This document shows, in pieces, positions 9,625-19,244 of a stretch of 64,000 bases of DNA; the first letter of the stretch is position 1, and every line of letters starts with the position of its first letter. The stretch is from the NCBI GenBank assembly GCA_019278155.1, contig JADMLC010000001.1, positions 5,162 to 69,161 on the forward strand, read 5' to 3'. This DNA comes from Candidatus Kinetoplastidibacterium crithidiae. GTDB lineage: Bacteria > Pseudomonadota > Gammaproteobacteria > Burkholderiales > Burkholderiaceae_B. Under the pieces are notes generated by a model. It saw only the letters and a list, made by a program, of their open reading frames with translations. It searched no databases and was not told the origin of the DNA. A program made the position numbers and the translations under genes.

Positions 9625-11232
9625 TTATAAATCATCACCAACAGACAATTGTTTATTGTACTCTCTTATCTTGTGAAATTCTATTTCTGGGTGTAATTCC
9701 TGTGATATTTTTAATTGTGATTGAGATGTAGCTAGAAACGTTATATTTCCTAATGAATCAAAAGCAATATTAGAGGCATTGGAGTCTACAAATTTATTTA
9801 GTGCTTTGTTATTTGTAGACGATACCCATCTTGCCAATAAAAACTTAACTGGCAAAATATTTACGTCTGCATTGTACTCTTGTTTTAAACGATGAGCTAC
9901 TACTTCAAATTGAAGTTGTCCAACCGCTCCTAGAAGTAAAGTATTACTTCTATATAATTGAAAAACTTGAATTGCTCCTTCTTCTCCTAGTTGTTTTAAC
10001 CCTGTATGTAATTGCTTATTTTTTAAAGGATCCTTGATTTCAACGGATCTAAATATTTCCGGGGCAAAAAAAGGAAGACCCGTGAATTGTAAATTCTCAC
10101 CTTCTGTTAGTACATCCCCAAGTTGTAATACCCCATGATTAGGTATTCCAATGATATCTCCAGCAAATGCTTCATTTATTAAGTCTCTTTTTTGTGATAA
10201 AAAAGAAACCACATTATTTGTTTTTATATCTTTTTTAGTTCTAGAAATTTTTAATTTCATACCTCTTTTGAATATTCCAGAGCATATTTTAATAAAAGCT
10301 ATTCTATCTCTATGTGAAGGATCCATATTAGCCTGTATTTTGAAAACAAACCCAGTAAATTTTTCTTCATCTGGGAATACATGCCTTTGTATTGTAGGAT
10401 GATAAGATGGTGCTGGAAAATACTCTATTAGAGCATTTAAAACTTCCTGTACACCAAAATTATTAATAGCTGAACCAAAAAACACAGGTGTTTGTTCGCC
10501 AGAAATAAACTTCTTTATATCAAATTCTGGAGTTGCTTCTTTTATTAAAGCCACATCTTGTTCTATTTTGCTAAATAGTTTTTCAAACGATAGATTATTT
10601 TTTTTATTTGGCCCATTTTTAGTAAGTATATCAGGTATCTGATAACGATTTTCACCGGCTTTGAATGATAGGATTTTATCTGTTTTTAGTTCAAGAACAC
10701 CTTCGAAAGATTTTCCCATTCCTATTGGCCAAGTAAATGGTATGGCATCTATTTGCAAATGATCTTCTATTTCATGTAATAAATCAAAGGCATCTTTAAC
10801 TTCCCTATCTAATTTATTTATAAAAGTTATTATAGGAGTCTTTCTCTTTCTGCAAACTTCTAATAATCGTATAGTTTGGGATTCTATTCCATTGGCTGCG
10901 TCTATAACCATTAGAGCAGAGTCTACAGCAGTTAATACTCTATACGTGTCTTCAGAAAAATCTTGATGTCCAGGTGTATCTAATAAATTAATAATATGGT
11001 TATTATATTCGACTTGCATAACAGATGAGGCTACAGATATTCCTCTTTGTTTTTCTATCTCCATCCAATCAGAAGATGCATATCTAGATGCTTTTCTAGA
11101 CTTTACTGTTCCTGCTATTTGTATAGCTCCAGCAAAAAGTAATATTTTTTCAGTTAGTGTGGTTTTGCCTGCATCTGGATGAGAGATTATTGCAAAAGTC
11201 CGTCTTTTTTTTACTTCTTGATGTATATCCAT
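9625..11232 (-). CDS. prfC: peptide chain release factor 3
   Basis: 535 aa. GTPase motifs SHPDAGKTT, DTPGHQDF and NKLD, with a full RF3-like length. Confidence 0.95.
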   Translation of the reverse strand: MDIHQEVKKRRTFAIISHPDAGKTTLTEKILLFAGAIQIAGTVKSRKASRYASSDWMEIEKQRGISVASSVMQVEYNNHIINLLDTPGHQDFSEDTYRVLTAVDSALMVIDAANGIESQTIRLLEVCRKRKTPIITFINKLDREVKDAFDLLHEIEDHLQIDAIPFTWPIGMGKSFEGVLELKTDKILSFKAGENRYQIPDILTKNGPNKKNNLSFEKLFSKIEQDVALIKEATPEFDIKKFISGEQTPVFFGSAINNFGVQEVLNALIEYFPAPSYHPTIQRHVFPDEEKFTGFVFKIQANMDPSHRDRIAFIKICSGIFKRGMKLKISRTKKDIKTNNVVSFLSQKRDLINEAFAGDIIGIPNHGVLQLGDVLTEGENLQFTGLPFFAPEIFRSVEIKDPLKNKQLHTGLKQLGEEGAIQVFQLYRSNTLLLGAVGQLQFEVVAHRLKQEYNADVNILPVKFLLARWVSSTNNKALNKFVDSNASNIAFDSLGNITFLATSQSQLKISQELHPEIEFHKIREYNKQLSVGDDL

Positions 11233-11350
11233 AATTTAGTTAATAAAAGTTATTTGATAAAATAATATTTTTGTTGTTTTTCTAATATGGAAATCAAATA
11301 GAATACAATCTACAGAATCAGAAGATTAAGAAAGGACTAAGAAATAAGTT

Positions 11351-11426
11351 TGGCTCCCCGAGCTGGACTCGAACCAGCGACCTGCGGATTAACAGTCCGT
11401 CGCTCTACCAACTGAGCTATCAGGGA
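11351..11426 (-). tRNA. tRNA-Asn (anticodon GTT)
   Basis: Reverse complement TCCCTGATAGCTCAGTTGGTAGAGCGACGGACTGTTAATCCGCAGGTCGCTGGTTCGAGTCCAGCTCGGGGAGCCA. It folds by hand into a 76-nt cloverleaf with anticodon loop CTGTTAA, a GTTCGAGTC T-loop and an encoded CCA. Confidence 0.9.
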
Positions 11427-11503
11427 AAAGTATTATGATAAGCAACACTTACTAAATGATATTTATATTTAACAAATATGTCAATACTTAATAAGAATAA
11501 AAA

Positions 11504-11579
11504 TGGTGCCGGCTAGAGGAGTCGAACCCCCGACCTTCGCATTACAAATGCGCTGCTCTACCAACTGAGCTAAGCCGGC
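11504..11579 (-). tRNA. tRNA-Thr (anticodon TGT)
   Basis: Reverse complement GCCGGCTTAGCTCAGTTGGTAGAGCAGCGCATTTGTAATGCGAAGGTCGGGGGTTCGACTCCTCTAGCCGGCACCA. Acceptor stem is GCCGGCT/AGCCGGC, the anticodon loop is TTTGTAA, and CCA is encoded. Confidence 0.9.
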
Positions 11580-11609
11580 TAGAAACTTATTATACCATCT
11601 ATTATATAT

Positions 11610-11987
11610 CTATTTAACAATAGAAAAAGCTTTTTTTTCTGTTTTTTCTGTTTTTTCTGTTTTTGCTGATTCTATATCTTCCACCTGGAATTCCATGCCA
11701 TAACCAGTTTCTTTAGAAAAGATATATAGTATTCTTTCCATAGGAATAAATATATTTTCTATAATACCATTAAATCTAGCTTGGAATTTAATAAAATTAT
11801 TATTTATTTCCATATTGTTACACGCTTCTTGACTTATGTTTAATATTATTTTGTTTTCTTGTACGTAGTTTGTAGGAACCAATGTATTTTTATCAATACT
11901 TACCAATATATGTGGTGAGTAGTTATTATCTATACACCATTCAAATATTGCTCTTATAAAATAGGGTTTAGTTGATATTTTATCCAT
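11610..11987 (-). CDS. sspB: stringent starvation protein B (ClpXP specificity-enhancing adaptor)
   Basis: 125 aa. N-terminus KPYFIRAIFEWCIDNNYSPHILV is SspB-like, the short C-terminal tail FSIVK resembles the ClpX-binding tail, and it is adjacent to sspA. Confidence 0.85.
   Translation of the reverse strand: MDKISTKPYFIRAIFEWCIDNNYSPHILVSIDKNTLVPTNYVQENKIILNISQEACNNMEINNNFIKFQARFNGIIENIFIPMERILYIFSKETGYGMEFQVEDIESAKTEKTEKTEKKAFSIVK
11633..11668. repeat. 9-bp in-frame tandem repeat (3 exact copies plus 1 degenerate) inside the sspB linker
   Basis: Plus strand ttttttctg x3 followed by tttttgctg. On the coding strand this is (ACAGAAAAA)3, giving TEK-TEK-TEK. Confidence 0.85.
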
Positions 11988-12000
11988 ATGATATTATAGC

Positions 12001-12612
12001 CTATTTGCGCATAAGTTTTTCAGCTGGAGATAAAGATTCTATATAAGCAGAACGAGAGAATATTCTTTCAGCATATTTTTGTAATGGAGCTGCACTTTTA
12101 GGTAAGGATATTCCATAATGTTCTAGACGCCACAGTAAAGGTGCTATAGCTATGTCTAACATAGAAAACTCATCACCTAGAAGAAATTTATTCTTGGTTA
12201 ATATTGGTGATAACTGTGTTAGACGTTCTTTGATATTGTTTCTAGCTTCTAAAATATTTTTTTCATTAGTATTTGTGCTTTGGGATTCAAGAATCTTCAC
12301 TTGGGAGAATAGTTCTTTTTCAAAGGTATATAAGAATAACCGAACTCTTGCTCTGGTTAATGGGTCAGCTGGCATTAATTGTGGGTGAGGAAATCTTTCA
12401 TCGATATATTCATTTATGATATTTGATTCATAAAGTATAAGTTCTCTTTCCGATAAAATAGGTACTTGGCCATAAGAATTCATATCAAAAATTTCTTTTG
12501 GTTTGTTTTTCAAGTCTACATTATGAATTTCAAAATCCATCCATTTTTCAAATAAAACAAAACGACATCTATGTGAAAAAGGACAGGTTTCTCCAGAGTA
12601 AAGCACCATCAT
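12001..12612 (-). CDS. sspA: stringent starvation protein A (GST-like)
   Basis: 203 aa. GST-fold N-terminus (LYSGETCPFSHRCRFVLFEK) and a conserved sspA-sspB pair. Confidence 0.9.
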   Translation of the reverse strand: MMVLYSGETCPFSHRCRFVLFEKWMDFEIHNVDLKNKPKEIFDMNSYGQVPILSERELILYESNIINEYIDERFPHPQLMPADPLTRARVRLFLYTFEKELFSQVKILESQSTNTNEKNILEARNNIKERLTQLSPILTKNKFLLGDEFSMLDIAIAPLLWRLEHYGISLPKSAAPLQKYAERIFSRSAYIESLSPAEKLMRK

Positions 12613-12647
12613 ATTTAAAGTTACCTTTATAAAAATATATATTTTAT

Positions 12648-13403
12648 TTAAATGGGATTGTTTATGTCTATAAAATCAACTTCAATATTGAATTCTTTTT
12701 TTATAGCCAATCCTAAGGCTTTTATTCCATATCTTTCTGTTGCATGGTGACCTGCGCATATGAATCCAATATTTAATTCTTTAGCAATATGAAATACCGG
12801 CTCAGAAATCTCACCTGTTATATAAATATTTGCTCCTTCATTATAAGCTTCTATAAATTTATTTTGAGCTCCTCCTGTACACCAGGATATTTTATCTACA
12901 GTTTCATCAGGATTTCCTATTAATAAACTAGTTCTCTCTAGTTTTTTAGTTATATGATTATTTAATTCTTGCATTGTGATATTTTTTTTATATTTTCCAA
13001 ACATTAGTAAAGAATCTTTGTCGATTTTTTTCTTTATGATATCAAATTCTAATATTTTACCTAATTGTACATTATTACCAATGTTTGGATGAGCATCTAA
13101 TGGCAAATGGTATGCAAATAAATTTAAATCGTTCTGTAAACATAATTTTATTCTATTCTTTAATATATCACTTATAACATTGTTTCCTTTCCAAAAAACA
13201 CCATGATGTACAATAACAGCATCAGCTTTTTGACGAACAGCAATATTTAAAAAATCAAGACTTGATGTAACCCCTACTATTATTTTTCTTATATTTTTTT
13301 TCCCATGTATTTGTAAACCATTAGGGCAGTAATCTACAAATTTTTCTGGTCGTAATAATTCATTTAACCATTGGTTTATAGTTGTTACATTGACAGAGTG
13401 CAT
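12648..13403 (-). CDS. Nif3-like dinuclear metal centre protein (YbgI family)
   Basis: 251 aa. YbgI-like motifs DYCPNGLQIHG, ADAVIVHHGVFWKG and a C-terminal GHHATERYG. Confidence 0.85.
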   Translation of the reverse strand: MHSVNVTTINQWLNELLRPEKFVDYCPNGLQIHGKKNIRKIIVGVTSSLDFLNIAVRQKADAVIVHHGVFWKGNNVISDILKNRIKLCLQNDLNLFAYHLPLDAHPNIGNNVQLGKILEFDIIKKKIDKDSLLMFGKYKKNITMQELNNHITKKLERTSLLIGNPDETVDKISWCTGGAQNKFIEAYNEGANIYITGEISEPVFHIAKELNIGFICAGHHATERYGIKALGLAIKKEFNIEVDFIDINNPI

Positions 13404-13969
13404 ATTTAATTATTGATATAATATTTGGTGAGTTTTGCATATAGACTTCAAATTTCAATATAATAAACGAATCCGTATATTAATTGTAAACAGATATGAT
13501 TATATCAGGAGTAGTAATTTATATATGATAGTATGAATATACTTCTCAATATATTCTTGCTAGCAATTTTTTATTCCTATATAGCAAAAAAACATCTATA
13601 TTGTAAATCTGAATGGTATATCCATATATGGTTATATTAATCAAGATATATAAAATTATATTTTTTATAAGGAATGGAAGGTATAGTTGTAATGGTAGTA
13701 GTTAAAAATTACTTTCATTAATCATATTAAATTGTTAAAGTTTCAGTGTTAATAAACTATAATTATTAGTTAATTAAATAGCATGACACAGGAGTTTTAT
13801 TTGAAAAAACACCAGAGTAAGACTTTATTATAGTTATATTATGATATGTAACTATTCACCTACTTAATATCATATTATATTCTCATTTGATCAATTCTAT
13901 TTTGTGAGTCTTACAGTGTCTTTATAGCGCTCTATTTTTTTGTTTTTTCAATTTTTTGAATTATCGAAA

Positions 13970-14104
13970 TCACTTTTTTCTATTCCTGATTTTTTTTATA
14001 GCAAGACCAAGTTTTTTTTTGATACAGCTCATTTTTTTTGATCCAAATAAGAATAATGCCAACAATATTATTACTAACCAATGCCATATGCTAAAGTATG
14101 TCAT
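13970..14104 (-). CDS. tatA: twin-arginine translocase subunit TatA/E (short, 44 aa)
   Basis: Below the ORF-track size cutoff. Hand translation gives MTYFSIWHWLVIILLALFLFGSKKMSCIKKKLGLAIKKIRNRKK*. GGAG lies 6 nt upstream of ATG 14104, and an in-frame ATG at 14116 is the alternative start. The FSIWHWL motif, TM helix, FG-x-KK hinge and amphipathic helix together form the TatA signature. Confidence 0.7.
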   Translation of the reverse strand: MTYFSIWHWLVIILLALFLFGSKKMSCIKKKLGLAIKKIRNRKK

Positions 14105-14140
14105 TTCAATCTCCATGTTTGCTAGTTCTGGATTTCGTAT

Positions 14141-14482
14141 TTAACTACTAACAAAACCCCCTAATATATGAAAATGTAAATGTGGGACCTCTTGTCCTGC
14201 AGCAGTTCCACAGTTGTTTACTATGCGAAATCCTCCATCAATACCAGATTTGCAACCATTATTGAAAGCTATTTTTGGTATTAATAACAACATTTTACCT
14301 AGCCAGATTTCATCATGCTGATGAGTGCTTTTAAGAGATTCAATATGTTTTTTAGGTATAAGTAATAAATGCACTGGTGCTGCTGGTTTAATGTCGTGAA
14401 AAGCCAGAAAATATTCATCTTCAAATATTATATTTGCTGGTAATTTTTTCTCTACAATTTTGCAAAAAATACAATCTTTCAT
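14141..14482 (-). CDS. HIT-family (histidine triad) nucleotide hydrolase
   Basis: 113 aa. CIFCKI N-terminus and the histidine triad HLHFHILGG. Confidence 0.85.
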   Translation of the reverse strand: MKDCIFCKIVEKKLPANIIFEDEYFLAFHDIKPAAPVHLLLIPKKHIESLKSTHQHDEIWLGKMLLLIPKIAFNNGCKSGIDGGFRIVNNCGTAAGQEVPHLHFHILGGFVSS

Positions 14483-14494
14483 GTTTAGAAATAT

Positions 14495-14848
14495 TTAAGT
14501 TTTATTTAGGTTTCTCATAGCTTTTTCTTCAATTCCAGATATTCCTTCCCTTTTTTCTAGTTCTACCATAACATCCTCAGGCCTGAGGTTATAATAAGAT
14601 AAGAGTACTAGACTATGGAACCATAAATCAGCTGTTTCACTTATTATTCTTTGTGGCATGCCATCTTTAGCTGCCATAACTAATTCAGTTGCTTCCTCTC
14701 CAATTTTTTTTAAAAAAGAATCTGGCCCTTTATTAAACAATTCGCTAACATAAGACTTTTGGTTTGTCGTTCCTTCTTTAGGTTTACGAGTTTCTAATGT
14801 ATTTGCTATTCTACTTAATATTTCAATAGGATAATTGTGACTATTCAT
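14495..14848 (-). CDS. hisE: phosphoribosyl-ATP pyrophosphatase
   Basis: 117 aa. HisE-like ([19 protein letters not shown]) at the end of the his operon. Confidence 0.9.
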   Translation of the reverse strand: MNSHNYPIEILSRIANTLETRKPKEGTTNQKSYVSELFNKGPDSFLKKIGEEATELVMAAKDGMPQRIISETADLWFHSLVLLSYYNLRPEDVMVELEKREGISGIEEKAMRNLNKT

Positions 14849-15263
14849 TTTTATATATAAGTTTAGGATTTTTTAAAATTTCATCGACTGATGTCCAAGT
14901 TATATTTTCCGAATTATCATTTTTTAGAACACGAAAAAAACAACTTTTTCTACCTGTATGGCAAGATATATTTCCTAACTGATTAATTTTTAATAAGATA
15001 ACATCCCCATCACAGTCTAATCTGATTTCTTGAACTATTTGAGTATGGCCAGATTCTTCACCTTTTTCCCATAGTTTATTGCGAGACCTTGACCAGTAAA
15101 TAGCTTTACCAAATGATATTGTCTTTTGCAAGGATTCCTTATTCATCCATGCCATCATCAGAACTTCACCATTTTTATGATCCTGGGCTATTGCGGGTAT
15201 TAATCCATCTTTGTCAAATTTTAATTCATCTATCCATGAAATTATAGATTTTTTGTAATTCAT
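14841..15263 (-). CDS. hisI: phosphoribosyl-AMP cyclohydrolase
   Basis: 140 aa. [28 protein letters not shown] and CDGD..L motifs. It overlaps hisE by 8 nt. Confidence 0.9.
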   Translation of the reverse strand: MNYKKSIISWIDELKFDKDGLIPAIAQDHKNGEVLMMAWMNKESLQKTISFGKAIYWSRSRNKLWEKGEESGHTQIVQEIRLDCDGDVILLKINQLGNISCHTGRKSCFFRVLKNDNSENITWTSVDEILKNPKLIYKNE

Positions 15264-15267
15264 AAAT

Positions 15268-16050
15268 TTATCTTACTGATATACCTAAATTTGATAAAAA
15301 AGTCTTGCACTCTTTAATAGAATACTCACCAAAATGAAATATACTTGCTGCTAATACAGCACTAGCATGACCTTCTAAGATGCCATCTGCTAAATGCTGC
15401 AAATTACCAACCCCTCCAGAAGCTATAACAGGTATAGGGACAGAATCAGATATAAGTCTTGTTAATTCAATATCAAATCCAGCTTTTGTACCATCCCTAT
15501 CCATACTAGTTAGTAATATCTCTCCTGCTCCATATGATGACACTTGTTCTGCCCATTTTATTGCATCTAGGCCTGTTGGATTACGACCACCTTTGGTGAA
15601 TACTTCCCATTTATCCAACTCTCCTTTTTTAGATGTTTTGCGGGCATCTATAGCTACTACTATGCATTGAGACCCGTAATAAGATGAAGCTTCTTGAATT
15701 AATTTTGGATTACTGACAGCTGTGCTATTAATGCTAATTTTATCTGCTCCAGCATTTAATAATCTTTGAATGTCAGATAATTTTCGAACTCCTCCACCAA
15801 CTGTTAAAGGAATAAATACTTGTGAAGCTACTTTTTCTATTACAGGTAATATAAGATCTCGTTCATCACTAGAAGCGGTAATATCTAGGAATGTGATTTC
15901 ATCCGCCCCTTGTTCATCATATTTTTTTGCGATTTCAACAGGATCTCCAGCATCAGTTAAATTAACAAAATTTACTCCTTTAACTACACGGCCACCAGTA
16001 ACATCTAGGCAAGGTATTATTCTTTTTGTGAGAGAGTTTTTAATTTTCAT
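15268..16050 (-). CDS. hisF: imidazole glycerol phosphate synthase cyclase subunit
   Basis: 260 aa. [14 protein letters not shown] and [10 protein letters not shown] motifs. Confidence 0.95.
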   Translation of the reverse strand: MKIKNSLTKRIIPCLDVTGGRVVKGVNFVNLTDAGDPVEIAKKYDEQGADEITFLDITASSDERDLILPVIEKVASQVFIPLTVGGGVRKLSDIQRLLNAGADKISINSTAVSNPKLIQEASSYYGSQCIVVAIDARKTSKKGELDKWEVFTKGGRNPTGLDAIKWAEQVSSYGAGEILLTSMDRDGTKAGFDIELTRLISDSVPIPVIASGGVGNLQHLADGILEGHASAVLAASIFHFGEYSIKECKTFLSNLGISVR

Positions 16051-16059
16051 AGTGATTTG

Positions 16060-16800
16060 TTAAATTGTTAGTTTTTCAGCTATTTTCTGTGCTTGTTTAA
16101 AATCAAGAGTGCCTTCATAAATACTACGACCAAGAATGGCCCCAGAAATTCCTTCTTCAAATACTTTGCATAAGTCTTCTATGTCTTTTATAGTTGCTAT
16201 TCCGCCAGAAGCATATACTGGTATTTTGACATTTTGCGCTAAGCTAACAGTAGCCTCTATATTGACTCCAGAAAGCATCCCATCTCTTCCTATATCAGTA
16301 TATATTATTCCATCACATCCATAATCTTCAAATTTTTTTGCAATATCTATAATATTATGGCGTGTAATTTTGCTCCACCCATCAGTAGCTATTTTACCAT
16401 CTTTGGCATCTAATCCTACTATAATATGCCCAGGAAAAGCTACGCAAGCTTCATTTAAAAATCCAGGATTCTTAATTGCAGCGGTTCCAATTATTACATA
16501 TGAAATACCAGAGTCTAAATAATATTCAATTGTATTTAAATCACGAATGCCTCCACCAATTTGAACTTCTACATCTTGGCTTACTGATTTTAATATACTT
16601 TTGATTTGGCTATCATTTTTTGGTTTTCCAACTACTGCTCCATTTAAGTCAACTAAATGTATGCGTTTAGCTCCATCATTCACCCACTTTTCAGCTATTT
16701 TTGTTGGATTTTCGGAGAAAACAGTAACATCTTCCAAGTTTCCTTGGCGTAATCTAACGCATTTTCCATCTTTAAGGTCGATTGCAGGAATTAACAACAT
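16060..16800 (-). CDS. hisA: 1-(5-phosphoribosyl)-5-[(5-phosphoribosylamino)methylideneamino]imidazole-4-carboxamide isomerase
   Basis: 246 aa. [17 protein letters not shown] and TDIGRDGML motifs. Confidence 0.95.
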   Translation of the reverse strand: MLLIPAIDLKDGKCVRLRQGNLEDVTVFSENPTKIAEKWVNDGAKRIHLVDLNGAVVGKPKNDSQIKSILKSVSQDVEVQIGGGIRDLNTIEYYLDSGISYVIIGTAAIKNPGFLNEACVAFPGHIIVGLDAKDGKIATDGWSKITRHNIIDIAKKFEDYGCDGIIYTDIGRDGMLSGVNIEATVSLAQNVKIPVYASGGIATIKDIEDLCKVFEEGISGAILGRSIYEGTLDFKQAQKIAEKLTI

Positions 16801-16853
16801 GATATATTATCAATTAATAATTAAAAAAATCTAACACGATAGGTTAGGGTAGG

Positions 16854-17516
16854 TTAGGGTTTCCAATTTACAAAATTGCGATACAAAATCAAACCATTTT
16901 TAGAACTTTTTTCTGGATGAAATTGTACTGCAAATATATTGTTGGATACTATTGCACTAGCAAAAGATATCCCGTAATCAGTTTCTCCCAATATAAGTTT
17001 AGAGTCAACAGGTTTTACGTAATAGCTATGCACAAAATAAAAATGAGTGTTGTTTGGTATGTCAGTCCATAAGTAGTGATTTTGAGATTGTCTTACTTTA
17101 TTCCATCCAATATGTGGTACTTTTAGAAGATCATTATTTGATTTTGCACAAATATCATTTTGTGCAAAAATTTTACCTTTGAACAAATATACATGGCCTT
17201 TTAGTAAAGAAAGACATGTGGTATTACTACTACCTTCTTCACTAGATTCAAATAACATCTGTTGGCCAACACATATACCCATTACTGGTTTGTTGTTGAT
17301 GGTTTCTTTAACTATTTCTAGTAATCCAGATTTTTCAAGATTCATCATAGAATCAGACATAGCTCCTTGACCAGGAAGAATTATGCGATCTGCTTCAGAT
17401 ATATCCTTAGATTTATTGCAAATTTTTATGCTAGCTTCTGGAGCAGCATATTGCAAAGCACGAGCTACGGAATGAAGATTACTCATTCCATAATCAATAA
17501 TAGCAATTTTTGTCAC
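16854..17516 (-). CDS. hisH: imidazole glycerol phosphate synthase glutamine amidotransferase subunit
   Basis: 220 aa. Class I GATase with GICVGQQML and FHPEKS motifs. Confidence 0.95.
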   Translation of the reverse strand: MTKIAIIDYGMSNLHSVARALQYAAPEASIKICNKSKDISEADRIILPGQGAMSDSMMNLEKSGLLEIVKETINNKPVMGICVGQQMLFESSEEGSSNTTCLSLLKGHVYLFKGKIFAQNDICAKSNNDLLKVPHIGWNKVRQSQNHYLWTDIPNNTHFYFVHSYYVKPVDSKLILGETDYGISFASAIVSNNIFAVQFHPEKSSKNGLILYRNFVNWKP

Positions 17517-17545
17517 GACATAACCTTTAGTGAGTTACTTTTTGT

Positions 17546-18133
17546 TTATAAAATACCTTTTGTAGATGGTATTATGCCCTTCATCCTTTCGTCTAAAGAG
17601 GCTGCCTGTCTTAGGGCTCTACCAAAACCTTTAAAAATTGATTCACATTGATGATGTGTATTTTGCCCTTTGAGATTATCTATATGTAAAGTCATAGATG
17701 CATGATTTACTAGACCTTGAAAAAATTCTCTTATTAGATCCACATCAAAATTTCCAACACGAGCTCTTGTATAAGTTACATTGTATTCAAGATGAGGTCT
17801 CCCAGAAAAATCTATCACTACCCTTGATAGTGACTCATCTAAGGGAACGTATACGTGGCTGTAACGAGAGATTCCAGTTTTATCCCCTAATGCTTCTTTA
17901 ATAGCCATTCCCAATGTTATACCTACATCTTCAGCAGAATGATGGTCATCTATATAGTTATCACCTTCGGATTTGATATTGATATCAATAAGACCGTGTC
18001 TAGCTATTTGTTCTATCATATGGTCAAGGAAGGGCATCTTTGTTGTTATAGATTGTTCACCTGTTCCATCAATATTTATATCTACATTTACCGTTGTTTC
18101 GTTTGTTTTACGATATACTTTAGATGTTCTCAT
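17546..18133 (-). CDS. hisB: imidazoleglycerol-phosphate dehydratase
   Basis: 195 aa. Monofunctional IGPD with [11 protein letters not shown] and [11 protein letters not shown] motifs. Confidence 0.95.
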   Translation of the reverse strand: MRTSKVYRKTNETTVNVDINIDGTGEQSITTKMPFLDHMIEQIARHGLIDINIKSEGDNYIDDHHSAEDVGITLGMAIKEALGDKTGISRYSHVYVPLDESLSRVVIDFSGRPHLEYNVTYTRARVGNFDVDLIREFFQGLVNHASMTLHIDNLKGQNTHHQCESIFKGFGRALRQAASLDERMKGIIPSTKGIL

Positions 18134-18141
18134 AGTAGCTA

Positions 18142-19242
18142 CTAATTAATTAGATTTTTTAGAATGTTTAAAAGAATTAAATTTTCTTCGAATGTTCCTA
18201 TAGATACTCTCAAACAATTTTTTAACAAATAATGAGAGTTAGATAGGTTTTTTATAAGAACGCCTCCTTTTTTTAATTTTTCGTATAGGTCAGTTGCATC
18301 AAATTTATTACAAATTTTTATTAGTATAAAATTTGCATGTGATGGAAACACAGTTATGTCACTAAATTTTTCTAATTCTGATTTTAATAATTCTTTATTT
18401 TTTAAAATCTGCTTTGTTTGCTCATCTAAAATATTTTTATTTGATATAATTTCCAGAATAGCATTTTCTGTAAGAATGTTTATGTTATAGGGAGGTCTTA
18501 CTTTATTTATTTGACTTATCCAATCACGATTTCCTGATAAATAACCAAATCTGAGTCCCGCCAAACCTATTTTTGATACTGTTCTTAGCACAAGAATATT
18601 AGGTAATTTGGTAATCATTTGCATCCATGTATAATCTGTAAATGCTTGATATGCTTCATCAATCACAACTAAACCTGGCGCGTTGTCTATGATTTTTTGT
18701 ACTTCATTATTGTTCCATAGACTACCAGTAGGATTGTTTGGCATAGCCAAAAAAATCACCTTTGGTTTATGTTTTTCTATTGCGCTAAGCATCTCTATCA
18801 TGTTTAGCTGGAAATTATTATTTAATGGCACATCTACAAATTTAGCATGGTTAAATTTAGATGCCATTTCAAAATATACAAATGAAGGAGATGGTGATAA
18901 AACAATATCTCCTGGTGCACAACAACTCTGAATAATAAGCTGTATCAATTCATCTGATCCATTACCAAATAAAACATCGGCCTCACTTGGTATATTAAAA
19001 GCATGCTTAATAGTTCGAATCAATTCTTTTTTGTTTGTTGAAGGATATCTATTAAATGATAATAAGCTTATTCTTTTGCTTATTTTTTCGCGCAGTTCGT
19101 TTGGTAGTTCATATGGTGACTCCATTGCATCTAATTTTATTAAACCAGAAGCATCGCTAATTGGATAAGATGTAGTTTCTTGTATATCTTGTCTTATAGT
19201 GCGAGAAATAAAGTCACAAGCTTTTTGAAGCTTTACTGTCAT
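18142..19242 (-). CDS. hisC: histidinol-phosphate aminotransferase
   Basis: 366 aa. Class II aminotransferase with PNNPTG and [12 protein letters not shown] (PLP lysine) motifs, located in the his operon. Confidence 0.9.
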   Translation of the reverse strand: MTVKLQKACDFISRTIRQDIQETTSYPISDASGLIKLDAMESPYELPNELREKISKRISLLSFNRYPSTNKKELIRTIKHAFNIPSEADVLFGNGSDELIQLIIQSCCAPGDIVLSPSPSFVYFEMASKFNHAKFVDVPLNNNFQLNMIEMLSAIEKHKPKVIFLAMPNNPTGSLWNNNEVQKIIDNAPGLVVIDEAYQAFTDYTWMQMITKLPNILVLRTVSKIGLAGLRFGYLSGNRDWISQINKVRPPYNINILTENAILEIISNKNILDEQTKQILKNKELLKSELEKFSDITVFPSHANFILIKICNKFDATDLYEKLKKGGVLIKNLSNSHYLLKNCLRVSIGTFEENLILLNILKNLIN

Positions 19243-19244
19243 AA

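Noticed and set aside
13956-14144. 62-aa plus-strand ORF in the HIT/Nif3 spacer.
   Set aside because: It is the antisense shadow of the TatA-like minus-strand micro-ORF. Its translation (poly-Phe/Ile) comes from the complement of the Lys-rich A-runs.
16841-16860. Tandem duplication AGGTTAGGGT x2 spanning the hisH stop codon. It contains two TTAGGG units (eukaryotic telomere-like) and four short G-tracts.
   Set aside because: With only two copies, a 10-bp tandem duplication of this kind is expected about once per window by chance or slippage. Two TTAGGG hexamers give no evidence of host-derived DNA, and two-tetrad G4 potential is weak.
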